Of a stretch of DNA of 64,000 nucleotides, positions 24,701 through 37,814 are shown piece after piece. The notes below the pieces were generated by a model that saw nothing but the letters and a program-made list of their open reading frames with translations, was not told the origin of the DNA and did not search any database. Location: the NCBI RefSeq assembly GCF_037042905.1, contig NC_087245.1, positions 26,228,001-26,292,000 on the forward strand, in the 5' to 3' direction. This stretch comes from Lytechinus pictus. Taxonomy: Eukaryota. Both the position numbers and the translations under genes were made by a program. Each line of letters opens with the position of its first letter. Positions within the stretch are counted from its first letter, which is position 1.

Positions 24701-27119
24701 ATGTACAAAAGAAAAGTATCATGAATGTCAGTATTGTGATAAAAAATTTGGCCTAAAAGGTACTCTGAAGAAACACATGAGAATTCATACAAAGGATAAA
24801 CCCTTCCAATGTAAACATTGTGGCAAGGAATTTAGTCGTCAATCAACATTAAGTGAACATGTAGGTAAGACTCAACCAGAATGTCCTAAATGCAAAGAGA
24901 AATTTGCATGTATGACGATGAGGCGCAAACACGTGAAAAACTGTGTTTTAGACTATCTCCAAGCTGAAGACAAAGACTTCTCTCAGAAACCTTTCAACTG
25001 CTCTCATTGTGGCGAAAGGTTTACATACGAGTGTGATCTTGCTAATCATAACATAAAGCATAATGCAGGAAAATCATATGATTGCTATTATTGTGACAAA
25101 TCTTTCCCATCTTCACAAGAGAGAAATGAACATGAAAGATCACATGAGGAGCAAAGGCCATTTGAATGCCAGTATTGTAAAAAGAGATTCAAGCTGATGC
25201 ACCATCTCCAAGACCATATTAGAATTCACACAAAGGAAAAACCCTATGAATGTCCATATTGTAACAAGAAATTTTCCTGGAAGAAAGAATGCGATATGCA
25301 TGTAATCGAACACCCTGGGGTCAATTTTCCAGAATGTTCTCTGTGTAAAAAGAAATTTGCATCTTTGGACATGAAGCATAGACATATGAAAAGGTATCAT
25401 GGAATTGCTGACTGTACAAAAGATAAAAAAAGTCATTTATGTCAGTATTGTGGTAGAATATTCAGCCTTAAAAGTACGCTAGAGGACCACATTATAATTC
25501 ATACAAAGGAAAAACAATTTAAATGTGGACATTGTGGCAAGGAATTTAGCCATCAATTAACATTTAGTGAACATGTAGGTAAGACTCAACCAGAATGTTC
25601 TAAAAGCAAAGAGAAATTTCCATGTCTACCAATGAAGTGTAAACACATGAAAAACTGTGACGTAGACAATATCCAAGATGGCAACAAAGAATTCTCTCAG
25701 AAACCTGTCAACTGTTCTCATTGTGGTGAAAGCTTTACATCTGAGTGTGATCTTGCCAATCATAACATCAATCATCAGTCATATGGATGTTCTAATTGTG
25801 ATAAATCTTTTCCATCTTCACAAGAGAGAGATGAACATGAAAAATCACATGAAGAGCAAAGGCCATTTGAATGTCAGTATTGTGAAAAAAAATTCAAGCT
25901 GAAACACCATCTCCAAGACCACATTAGAATTCACACAAAGGAGAAACACTATGAATGTCCATATTGTAACAAGAAATTTATCCATGCGATTTCATTACAG
26001 TTTCATGTGAGTAATCCAGAATGTATCAAATGCAGAGAGAAATTTGTCTGTGCGACCATGAAGTATACACATACAAAAAATTGTCGTCCATATCACGATA
26101 AATCTCGTGTATGTCTGAAATGTGGCAAGAAATTCAGATTGAAACAGAATCTGAATAAACATACACATGAATTTCATAGAATGGATAAGTTATTCCAGTG
26201 TAACCTTTGCAGCAAGGAATTTTCTGACAAGAAGAAATATGATACGCACATGTCCTCACATGTTGAGAGAGATTTACCCGAGACTTGCCTGTGTCAGTAT
26301 TGTGGAAAGACATTCCGCACAAAAAGTAATCTAATGGGGCACCTTAAAACCCACACAAGAGACTCCTCTTTCATATGTAAACATTGCGGTGCAGAATTCT
26401 ACCGTAGGATAACATTAAGGTCACATTTGGGTATTGGAGGAGCAAAACCACCAGAATGTCTCAAATGCAAGCAGAAATTTGCCTGTGTGACCATGAAGCG
26501 AAGACACATGATAAAGTATCATGGATACTGTAATAAATCTTATAAGTGTCTAGAATGTGGAAAGACGTTCGTTATAAGGAGTAATCTTAATAAACATCTT
26601 GAACTTCACGCAAAGGAAAAATCCTTTGAATACAAGATTCGATATGATACTCATATGACTGCGTATACTGAGGGAAATTTACCAGCAACCCATGAATGTG
26701 AGTATTGTGGCAAGACGTTCAACCAGGAATATCGTCGAGATTACCACATGAGAATCCACACAAAAGAGAATCTGTATAAATGTGAGCATTGTGACATGGA
26801 ATTTATCCATAGGGGTACATACATTTCACATGTGGGTAATGCTGGACTGATCCCTCTAGAATGTTTCAAATGCAAACAGAAATTTGCCTGCAAGACCATG
26901 AAGCGAAGACATATGACAAAGTTTCATGATGGATTCCCCTTTGATTGTCGGAAGTGTGGCAAGAAATTCAAATTAGAAAGTAATCTGAATCACCATAAGT
27001 GTGTCAGAATTAAAAAGAAGAAAGCCTTCAAATGCGAAATGTGCAGCAGGGAATTTCGCTACGAGAAGTGGTATGATGTGCATGTGGCCACTCATGTTGA
27101 GGGAAATGTACCAGAGTAA
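21724..27119 (+). CDS. Giant C2H2 zinc-finger protein, 5.4-kb main exon (about 55-60 finger-like units)
   Basis: Uninterrupted ORF of CxxC...HxxxH fingers with HTKEK-type linkers. The acceptor TTACAG ends at 21723, and the frame is open from 21724 into the listed 21774 ORF. Confidence 0.93.
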
Positions 27120-27419
27120 CACGGTGCTCTCAGTGGTAAAGACAGGTTTTACAGCATTGAAAGTGAACAAGGGAAAGGCCATCTTTGGGAACAACTTGAG
27201 CTGCTTATACATGAATAGTGTGAATGGCAGTCTTGTGGAACATGTGCAGGAACATACAAGAAACACATTCAGAATTGAAGGATTCACTAAAACATCCCTT
27301 GGCTTGTAGGAAAGACCTGTCTCCAAAGGTTCTGCTCTAGGCTGTTCTAATACAGCTTAGGATAGCACTGTCTGTTCCTTCTCATCGTGTGACCATCTCT
27401 TTCTCTTTCTACCATGGCA

Positions 27420-30400
27420 GCATTGTGTCAAAAACATTGCCAAACCAGAACAGCTTGTATTTCTTGACCAACTTTAGTATTGTCTCTGAGTGACCCACTA
27501 GTTTGGTGACATTGTCTCTGAGAAACCCATTGGTTCAATGTTCCTAACAGTTTATATTTCCAGTTTCAGCTAGGATTGTGCCTGTTGCACATCCATAGCT
27601 TATGATCCTGTATAGTATTTGCTGCTTTTCCATATTGAGCCTAGTCAACTCTACTGTAAGTGCCATTCACCATTGCTCTAATGTATTCGAAGCTTTTAAC
27701 TTTCTCTCATGTTTATCTGCTTATTGTGATGTTTGCAGTGATAGTCTTAATGCTTAAACCTTAAGGTCGATATCAATGAATCAGGATATTGCAGAGAGGT
27801 CCACCACCAATTTAGATTGATGTGTTGTGGTCATGGAGTGTTTCCTTTATGATCATCTCCAAGAATACATGTTGAATGAGACTTGAGAAAGTAAACAACC
27901 ATGCCTCATGTCGGATGTTGTCTGGGAAGAACTTTCTGAAGTGGCTCTTGAAGATAACATTACTACATGAAGTAAAGTCTGTGAACAGAGTCTTAATCTC
28001 CTGCACTATTTTCAGGCCTTGGTCCTGGACTCTCTGTTGTCTTCCATCTTTTGCTATGCCAAAAGTTTGATAGATCAATATTGTTTTTGACAGAGTATGG
28101 CAGGAATGCTATTTCATGCCAGACTGAGATCAAAAGTCTTACATGGCTGCAGAGTTACCTTCTTAAAGCATGTTTCTGGCCAATAATCTGGAAGGCATGT
28201 CATCCATATGATGTCTGACAAGTTGTCAGATCAATCTTAATACTGAATCTTAATCTCACACACAGTGCAATTAATAGCAAAATCGAAAGACGAGCTGTAC
28301 AGGGGAGGGAATCCCTCTAGCATAGCCTGATGTAAATTATTGCACATCGCCTTTTAACTGCAGCACTGAATTAATTCATAAGGTTGTAATATACAAGGAC
28401 TTTTATATAGTGGAGACTCAAAAGGGTATCATGGCAAACTTAATGCTGCAAAATTGTGGGCCAAATGCATATAAAGTACAGAAATCTTTTTATGATCCTC
28501 TTGCTAGACTTTTACTTTTTCCAATCCAATCAAAGGTCATTTGATATAGCGCCTTTTCCTTTCAGCTACAAAGTGCTGTGCACACACTACTCCATGTTTG
28601 GGCCACTAAAACAATTTATACTTGTAATTAAACGCCTCAGAATGGTTAGCTTTTCTAGAATTAGCATTCCGAAAGTAAACATCTGTTTGTAAGAAAATCT
28701 TTGCCAGGATTTATACATTTCATATTGTGTTTGCACCAGGATGAATCCTGTTAATGGAACCAAAAGTACATGGCTAGCTCTTGGTGTCACCTAGAGCATT
28801 TGGTTTTAGAGTGCAACACATTCAAAGCATTGCAAATGGTCAAATGCAGGTTTCATCTTTAAATGACATATATAACCTTCTGCTCCCCACTTGGGTTAAA
28901 CATTCCTCTTCAAAACAAACAATTTCACAGAATTGATGAATCTTTCGTCATTTGTTGTTGTCTTATTTTTTTTCTCATGAATATGTTGATTTTTTTTTTT
29001 GCTCTTGTAGCTTTTATTGCAAAATAGACTTTACTGTCATTCGAACAAAATAACTTGCATGTATGTGGAAATTAATTGCGTATTTTTTAAAGTCAGGAAT
29101 ATGAAGGTTTTTTATCTCTATGTACTTATATTACATGTATCTCATGAGTGAAAAGTACAATTTGTTCAATTGTTGTGTGGTACCGTTATATTTTATCTGT
29201 TTATCTTTCTATGACCAAATTTAAAAAGTAATCTTCTTGCCACACTATTCAAGGTACATCTCTCTTTTACCAAACCATTACTGTAGTTTCCTGCTAAAAT
29301 CGGTGTATGCCAGTGCTTGGTAATTCTGGTCACCAACACATTTATTTTACACAGTTTAAAGCACTTGGTAATTCTTTTGAGATTAATTTTTGAAAGTTTC
29401 ATCTTTTCATTATTATGACATGTTTTCATAGCATTTAGGGTCATGCAGCTATTAATTGGGAATGAACTATTATCAACACTGAACTCTGCAAAGTCTGCCT
29501 TTTTAATGTCTGCTATAAGAGTCAAAATGATGAAAATTTGCCATAATGTTGACTTCAGGAATGTTTTCAGTTATCAAGTCACCTATTTTGTAAGCGCTGT
29601 GGATAAATCTAATGTTGAATTAATCAGTAGCATTGGATGATTTTTTGCTAAAGAATTTCTGTTGAAAAAGGACAAAGAATTTTGGTTTAAAATGGCAATA
29701 AAACCAAATATGTAAATGGAGAGCTAGAACTACACATTCAGGCGAAGTCAACTTTGTAATTAGGAAGAGCTGACTGTTTTCTGTATCTTCAAATTTCAGG
29801 ACTTATATCATAACCTTTTAATTTTGATGTTGAACAACAAAATTCATGGTTTCCCATTAAAGTCATAAATCAAACACCTGTTCATCTTTATCTTTCTCCA
29901 ATGCAGTTGTGAGAGAATTCTTAAGCCTCTTTTAAACTTCTTGTATTGGCATTCGTGTGGACTCACTCGTCTTTAAAATCTGTTTGGATTGGGGAAATAG
30001 ACAGAGTTAAAAGGTGAGAGATTGTTCCAGCACAGCAATAGTTCACTCATGCAAAAAGCATGATCAGAACATTGTGATATGAGCCATTGCCATGGTGAAG
30101 GACCCAGGTTGTCCTGCCAACACTTTCACCTTTTTTCAAGCGTTTGGGTAATTGAACACTGGATATCTTACTATAGATTTGTTGATTGAACACCTACCTT
30201 TTTTCATTGTAGACAATAGCAAATTTTTGCAATTCCAACAGGGACAGGTTCTACAACATAGCGAATCTATTGAAGATGCGCGTCAAATTACAATGAAGAT
30301 CTTGGAGGTCTTTGTCAAAAATTGGTGAACCAGGACAGTAGATGGTCCTCAGATTCGGAGCTGACAAGAAATTGCAAATAATGTCGCTTGTCCAGAGTCC
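27420..30400 (-). pseudogene. Highly decayed RTE-clade LINE (RT and probable APE endonuclease remnants)
   Basis: Minus-strand fragments: HVFLEMIIKETLHDHNTSI*IGGGPLCNI..IDL (compare RTE RT FLE.IM.ETL.DH..SISIGGR.ICNLRFADDIDL); KVKSFEYI; ETILKLVKKYKLFWFGNV (compare VKRRKL.WFGHV). A weaker VFNQ...PKRLK...SDH lies near 30050-30200. Many stops and frameshifts. Motif comparisons are from memory; the left RT part is more certain than the right. Confidence 0.7.
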
Positions 30401-31494
30401 GAGTCCAGGATGACACTGCTATTTTGATTCACTTATTTTCAACAAAGGCTGCTTTGTCAGGAAGGGCATTTGACAATAGATTCTCAGTGTTCCAGAAAGC
30501 ATCTGCGTAGTGGTTTTGAAAACTCCCTAATGCTTCTGTCATCACATAATGTGATTGACAAGACTTCAGTTGTGTACGATCTGTGGCTCCCTGTCCAAAT
30601 TTGTTGAACTGATATGTCTTCCAGAAGAGTCTGTCAATCATCGATGAAATGGAACATTAACTTGAGGATGATTACCTTGAAGGGGAAACTGATATTTTTT
30701 TTTATTTCACATCAAAATATTTTTGTGGTACCAGTCCTAAAAACTTCAGACATACTTCATGTAATATAGAAAGGTTATAGTGTGAAATGATGTACGTGTT
30801 ATTTTTATATTTTGAAAATGAAATTGTTGATGGTAATATTATTGAATATACAGCATTTTCATTCATGTGCATCATGGTATGGATTAAGTGGGAGATCGAA
30901 AGAGAAGTAATGGGTAGAAAGAAATGGAATGAAAAGGATAAATGTATAGAGAGTGTGTGTGGTGGAAAGGAAGTGGCAAAGGTGCGGGAAATGAGAGAAA
31001 GATTGAATAAAAGGAAGGGGTATCGGAGGAAGTATATAAGTGCAAGGGGCCAAATGGTCTGAGAACAGATGGGAAATGAGAGAGGGAAGCAAACTTAAGA
31101 GATGGGGATGACGTTTCGTCAAAATTTGCCATCTGTAAAGTTGTACCAGATCTTGCAACTTCCATTGATTATGATTGGCTGAGAAGCACGGGTATCTGAA
31201 TGTTATGGTAATTGTCTGATTAATCATTTGACAAGATCCTTTCATGAAATGTTCCCAATGAATTGAGGAGTGAAAAAGGTGTGTTGGGCACTTTGGAAAG
31301 AGTGATTAAACATTAATGAGAAAAAGAAAAGGGGGAAGAGAAGGGTACACAGAGCAAAGAAAACATGATATAGAGACAGAATTCTATAGGAGAGAGATAG
31401 GTCAGGACACACTGGGAAGAGCAAGAGAGGTGGGACGAGGGAATGAGTATAGGCCTACTTTCAGAAAGAGAGGGTTATGCTGCAGTCACATTTC

Positions 31495-31614
31495 CCCTAT
31501 GGCGGCCGTACCGCGAGTCAAAAATATCAGTTTCATTTATTTTTATTAAAACCACCTTTCTATGTAGCGGGTTTTAAAAGCGGGTTTTCGACTCGCTGTA
31601 TGACCGCCATAGGG
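31495..31614. mobile_element. Short palindromic MITE remnant
   Basis: CCCTATGGCGGCCGTACCGCGAGTCAAAAA is inverted as TTTTCGACTCGCTGTATGACCGCCATAGGG. Confidence 0.6.
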
Positions 31615-31929
31615 CACTTACATCAGAAACGTGAGAAAGCTGAAAGCAATAGAAGTAAACGAGAGCTGAAACCTCAGAGGGATAAATAAAGATGGGGTAA
31701 CAAAAAGTAAAAGATCAGAGAGAGAGAGAGAGGAACAGATTATGGTGCAGGGAGAAATCGGGATGGAAAATCTAGACAAAAGAGAAGATCTCAAAAGATA
31801 TCTCATTTACTTTCTCACTTATTTATGTTCCTATCATTGACATCCCCTGATAAATGAATGGTATGCTTCTTTTTTTCGTTGGAAGAAGGTGTAATATGCA
31901 TTGTTTTGTTTAAAGAGATGCGCGGCCCT

Positions 31930-32515
31930 TCCTCTTCACTATTCTATTTCTCTTTTTAATCTGCTCTCTTGTGACTTTTATCTTTTCGTCTCCTGTCGTC
32001 ATCCTCTCTCTCCCTTTCTTTTATTTTATTCTCTTTCTCTTCCCCCTTCCGTTTACCTTTTTTCTCCTGTTCGTTTTCTGTTCCTGCTCTTTCCTTTTCC
32101 CTACCTTCCCTGTCTCTCTCTCTCTACTTTCTTAACTTTTCCCATTCCATTCTATTCTTTCTCCCTTTCCCTGCTTTCCCTTTTAATTCTCCCATTTCCC
32201 CTTTCTTCCTTCCTTTCTTTCTTTCCTCTATTCCTTTTACTTCTTTCCCTTCTCGTTCTGTTCTCTTTGCTCCTATATCCCCCTATATCCTTTTTCATCT
32301 TTTTTTTATAATCGCTTTGTGTCATGTCGTCATCTCTCTCTCTGCCCCCTTTCCTTCTCTTTCTTCGTCTACATCCCCTTCTCCCCAACTCCATGCTTTT
32401 CCTTCTTTGCCTTCATTCACTGCCTTTCCCTCTTTTATTCCCCCCTCTCAGTTTTCTTTTCCTTCTCTTAATTTACCTCGTTTCCCCTTCCTGTTCTTTA
32501 ATTCCTTTCTCCCTC
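31930..32515. repeat. Polypyrimidine (CT-rich) low-complexity tract
   Basis: Composition read directly from the sequence. Confidence 0.85.
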
Positions 32516-34467
32516 AGGGCCCTATTTGGAACGATTTTTTTTTACAGGGGTGCTGATGTAAATTTGAAAAGCAAAAAAAAGTAATTTTGGTTACATTTCT
32601 CAACACTTACAAAAATTCCAGGGAGAGTTGCCTATGGAAATTAGCACGTACATGCAGCATTTCTGCTTCTCAGTGCCATACATGTTTGTTCTCTTTTCGT
32701 TTTCTCCATCCTCTTTCCACCTCCTTTTTATCTTTCATGCAGGGGCGGATTCAGTATTTTCCAAAGGGGGGGGGGGCACATTTTCCCGAGGGAAAATGTG
32801 ACAACCAAAAAAAAGTTTTCAACAGAAAAATATTTTCAAAAGTTGGGGGCACACTTCTGTTTTAACGGCATTTTTATTACAAATTCTAATTGTGCCTCTC
32901 AAAGGGGGGGGGGGGCACCGGCCGGACGATCTCAGAGCATATGAATACCTCAAACACTCTCTTACATGATAGGCTGAAAAATATTTGTGGTGGAAAATGT
33001 CTGGCATACCCAAGTTATTGAAGACTTTTTGTGGTTTGTCCCTCCCTGGCCCTCGATCGATTGGGAAATCCTGCAAGGATCTGCCCCGGGATCTGCCAAT
33101 GGCCAATGCCCCCCCCCCCCCCCCATGGTCTCATGCCCTTTTCGCGAGTCCATCTCCTGGCCTTGAAAAAATAGCTTTTGTGTAAGAGCTTTATGAATAC
33201 CCGGCAATGGCAGTAAATATGATGACATTGTCATGTGCATGAGCTTGTAAAATGATTTGACAAACCATAAAATGATTCAGTTTTTCTTTTATGATTTGTT
33301 ATCCAGAAGACACAGTAGAACCTACATTTTTGTGTGTGACTTCGAAAATTTGCTATCATTCTCATTTTACAAGTTCGTTGGGCTAAAAATGCCTCTCAGA
33401 TGGTAAGTAAAGTGATATGTTTTCAAATGATTGTAACTTTTCAATTTAGTAGTGTGGTGTTATCATAATAAAATATGTTTATTTTACTGTTTTTCCGTAA
33501 TTTTGGTGCCGGCCCGGTGCACATCGCCGCGCCGGCTGACGTTTGGTTGCGTCGACGACTGTCGTCGTTGACATGGTACCGCGACGCTACCCGCTGCCTG
33601 TCCGGTTTCCGGGAGCGAGCCGGCCCAAAGCGCGGGAGGCCTAAATAACTATCCAAAAACCTCTCTCAATTCGGGCCACCAAAACTTAACATTTTTTCAA
33701 TAATGGTTGCCCGAGGTGAATTTCTGGTGGCCACCGCTAATGTCGAGCCTTGCCGTCCTTATCGTCATCCAAGTCACTGGGGACAAACTTGAGACACACC
33801 TCAAAGTCAAATATCAGCAAACTTTCAATGGAATCCACGGTTGGAAGATTTTCAAAAGAAATCTATTGTTCGCGGTGCGAAGCTTCTCACTGAACGGGGA
33901 CTTCCTTCCACCACACGTTTTCCCATTGACACAATAACAAATGACTCGGACACTTTTTCAAACGACAATAATAGTCTTTTTCTTTTCTCTCCTGTGGCTG
34001 TATATTCTTCCAAGTTGATGAAACAATGATCAAAAACACTAAATAAAACAAAATTAATCACATTAAAAACACTATTTAACTGTCTAATTACTCCTCGTGA
34101 TCCGAGTCCCCTTCCCGTGTTGAGACTGCCAATTTCCCATAGGAGGGGACTCGGATAACGAGTAATAGTACTCCTCGTTATCCAAGTCCCCTCCTATGAG
34201 AAATTGGACAGTCTTAACACGGGAAGGGGACTCGGATCACGAGGAGTAATAAGACAGTTCAATAGTGTTTTTAATGTGATTTTCATTGATTTTAATGATT
34301 CTTATTATCGAAAATGTTCATTTATCATCTCTAGGAAACTGTCTAAAAGTGGTAGAGTGGTTTTGAAGAGGAGGGAAATGAGGGGTAGATGAATATCAAC
34401 GGGTTAATTGCCATTTTGTATTTTTAGGAGAGGGGACTTGGATCACGAGTAATAGTACTCCTCGTTA

Positions 34468-35659
34468 CAGGGTAGGAATTACACGGGGGCGACGGGCGAT
34501 TTTGCCCCCATGACAGCCCAAATCGCCCCTAAAAATTCTCAAAACCCAATGCTTTGGGGCGACTTTTTATTTCAGAATCGCCCCAATAAAATACCATCGA
34601 CAATGTAAAAAATACTTCACATAATTACGTTCTCCGGGCCGCCGGCGGAGCAAGCGCATCTTTTATATCGCCCTTGCCAGCTTTAAGTTGAACGGTCGAT
34701 GCAATATCCGAACCTTCCGTAACACCGGAAGCTTCGCGATTGTAAAATAAACGCGCAATGCAATATGGGATGCGGAGTGTACACGCATAGTCTTTAGCAC
34801 GGGGTTTTTAGAATTATTGACGCACTTGCCGCATGGCTTATGTACATGTACGCGTGCACGATTAGACTGCACAGCTGGTAACGAGACCACGTGCATCGTA
34901 CGGTATATTATGTGTACTAGGCCTAGGCATGCACAGAATTGTATGCGATCAGCTGGTGATTGTGACAGCACTGATTATCGACATCGTCGAGTCGCAGTGC
35001 GAGATGGATAAGTTTCTAATTCGAGTTCAACCTGGCTCTGCCAAACGGCCAGAGCCAGCGCAAGAAGCCTCTCCAAATCGAGATACTGTTGAGAAGGATA
35101 AGCCAAAAAAGAAACAGTACTGTACAGAGACAATCGACAATAAAGTCTTGGGGCCTCGATTGGCTCAAATCTGAAGTGTGTGAAGCTGAAGCTCTGGTGC
35201 ACTAGCGTACCTACGGGGGGGGGGGCAGTCTGCCCCCCCCTGACGAGTCCCAACCCATGCACTTTTCTTCTTTTTTTTTTTGCTTGTCAATTTTTTTTCT
35301 GGTACGAAATCTTATATTTGTGGTTGAAGACTTGTTTATATTTATTTGCTTGTCACATTTTTGGGCAGACGAATTTGCCCCCCCCCCCCCCCCCCCCCGT
35401 GTGAAAAATCCTAGGTACACCACTGCTCTGGTGGGATCACTGTTGTTTATTGTAAGGCCTGTAGCCTACAGTAATTACAGTTAAAAATGTTCTGAGCTTT
35501 TAGGCATCACATTGAGTCTCGGAATGTCAAAAGGTAATTGCTGATATGCGATAAAAAAAGTAGCCCCATGAATTAGAAAATAGCCCCAAGATATTCAGTG
35601 GTAGCCCCAATGTAAAAAAAAAAGTAGCCCCTAAAAAAAAAAAATTAATTCCTACGCTG
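34468..35659 (+). mobile_element. Internally deleted hAT transposon retaining the transposase 5' end
   Basis: TIR CAGGGTAGGAATT / AATTCCTACGCTG. TSD CCTCGTTA at 34460-34467 and 35660-35667. Carries the ORF start MDKFLIRVQPGSAKRPE and a frameshifted SW.LDWLK...VYCKAC. Confidence 0.82.
35200..35425. mobile_element. hAT-type MITE nested in the transposase remnant
   Basis: TIR CACTAGCGTACCTA / TAGGTACACCACTG. TSD CTCTGGTG at 35192-35199 and 35426-35433. Confidence 0.82.
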
Positions 35660-37127
35660 CCTCGTTATCCAAGTCCCCTCCTATGAGAAATTGGACAGTC
35701 TTAACATGGGAAGGGGACTCGGATCACGAGGAGTAATAAGACAGTTAAATAGTGTTTTTAATGTGATTTTCATTGATTTTAATGATTCTTATTATCGAAA
35801 ATATTCATTTATCATCTCTAGGAAACTGTCTAAAAGTGACAGAGTGGTTTTGAAGAGGAGGGAAATGAGGGGTAGATGAATATCAACGGGTTAATTGCCG
35901 TTTTGTATTTTTAGGAGAGGGGACTTGGATCACGAGTAATAGTACTCCTTGTTATCCAAGTCCCCTCCTATGAGAAATTGGACAGTCTTAACACGGGAAA
36001 AGGACTCGGATCACGAGGAGTAATAACACGTTTAATAGTGTTTTTAATGTGATTTTCATTGATTTTAATGATTCTTATTATCGAAAATATTCATTTATCA
36101 TCTCTAGGAAACTGTCTAAAAGTGGCAGAGTGGTTTTGAAGAGGGAAATGAGGGGTAGATGAATATCAACGGGGTTAATTGCCTTTTTATTTTAGAGGGG
36201 GGACTTGGATCACGAGGAGTAATTATGCAGACATTCTTTTTACCTAACGAAATAAAGCAATGGAGACTGTTAAGAGGGATCGAGATGCGATTTGATTTAT
36301 TTAGTAAAAACGTGATAGACGAAATAAAGCAAAATCATAAAAAACATATATATGAAAAGGGATTTATTTAGCATAAAAAGTACAACGAAATAAAGCTATA
36401 AGTACTGAAAAAGAAGTAGATGCAATCCTGATTTATTTAGTAAATTAGGAATCAACAAAATAAAGCAATGGAGACTGAAGAGGGATCTAGGGCCTATTGA
36501 TTTATTTAGTAAAAACGTAGACGAAATAAAGCAAATTTTATATTGTGAGAAACATAAAAAAGATTAATATAATCCCGATTTATTTATATGAAAAGTACTA
36601 GTTTACGGATTAAAGCAATATAGATTGAAAAGAAGTAGGCCTAGATGCAATTCTGATTTATTTAGTAAATAAGGAATCAACGAAATAAAGCAATTGAGAC
36701 TGAAGAGGACATACTCATATAGGGCTTAAGTTATTGATTTATTTAGTAAAAACGTAGACGAAATAAAGCAAATTTGATATTGTAAGAAACATAAAAAGAT
36801 GAATATAATCCTGATTTATATATACGAAAAGTAATAGTTTATGAACTAAAGCAATAGAGAATGATGCAAATTCTGATTTATTACGCCAATAAAATAAAGT
36901 GGAGACTGAAAAGAGACAAGTAACACACAACTACGAGCTAGGTTGGTAGAGACAGGTAGGACATGTTTTACGTTGTGAAAAATTGTCCGTGGATCCGAGT
37001 CACCGGGGACTTGGATCACGATAATGCCGCCTTGCCTACTAAAACCTTGTAAAAGTTGTAAGTAGACACTTCACTTCAGCCGGGCGGGCGATCGCGCGGA
37101 CACAGCGCTAACACTTTTACTTACTGG

Positions 37128-37814
37128 TAGGGTGTCTGAAGCCACACTGAAAAGTGTCAGCATAAAACAGGCTAATTTAGGGGAAAATATGGCACATTTT
37201 TTCGGGGAAGTTCAGGCTACTAGAAAAATGTGATCTGAATTGATTATTAACTTGTGTTTGGCATGTATGGAAAGAGAAAATTCAGGGGCTTCTTCTGACA
37301 GCAAGGACAAGTTTATATGATAATTTTAAATAAGGATTTAGAGATAAATTGCAAACCCTTATTTTTGTGTGTGTTGAAATTGCCATTTCTCCATGCATTT
37401 TCTATGGGAAAATGAAATTTCTGTTTTGCACAATTTTTTTCACTTTGTCGCAATTTTTCATTGTGATCTGGTTTCCAAATCTTTATAAAAATCATACCAT
37501 CAGATAGAGCATAAAAAATCCTATTGGACTCTTTATGGACAAGTTTTTGGCATTAATAATAAATTTATAACACTACAGCTCTCGGAAGCAAAAAATTTTG
37601 ATTTGTGTGTGTCCATTTCTTAACTACACAGTCTATGGCAGAGAAATGCTGAAAATTTACCCAATTTCATTCTTCTTTTTTGCAGCCAATAATTGGATTT
37701 TTTTCAAAAATGTTACATTTCTGTCAGTCTGAAGGTAATTTCTCTTCAAATTCACAAAGAAAATGTGATATTTTCTTGAAATAAGAAAAATTATTTTTTT
37801 CTCCAGACACCCTA
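37128..37814. mobile_element. hAT-like non-autonomous element with 7-bp TSD
   Basis: TIR TAGGGTGTCTG / CAGACACCCTA. TTACTGG at 37121-37127 and 37815-37821. Confidence 0.8.

Larger units (their letters stand above)
33755..37028. mobile_element. Non-autonomous DNA transposon with 8-bp TSD, internal tandem arrays and nested hATs (Merlin-like termini; superfamily uncertain)
   Basis: TSD GCCTTGCC at 33747-33754 and 37029-37036. TIR approximately GGCATTATCGTGATCCAAGTC. Roughly 290-bp tandem units at about 34170, 35660 and 35945, with an inverted part-unit at about 34050-34165. AT-rich roughly 60-bp repeats at about 36245-36910. Confidence 0.8.

Noticed and set aside
22314..25436. Repeated antisense ORFs of about 99 aa
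   Set aside because: Shadows of the zinc-finger module repeats.
31901..32584. Hydrophobic membrane-protein-like ORFs
   Set aside because: Artefacts of a polypyrimidine tract.
34204..35879. Duplicated 62-aa ORFs, and the 65-aa pair at 58850 and 59455
   Set aside because: They start at non-ATG codons and arise only from tandem-repeat units.
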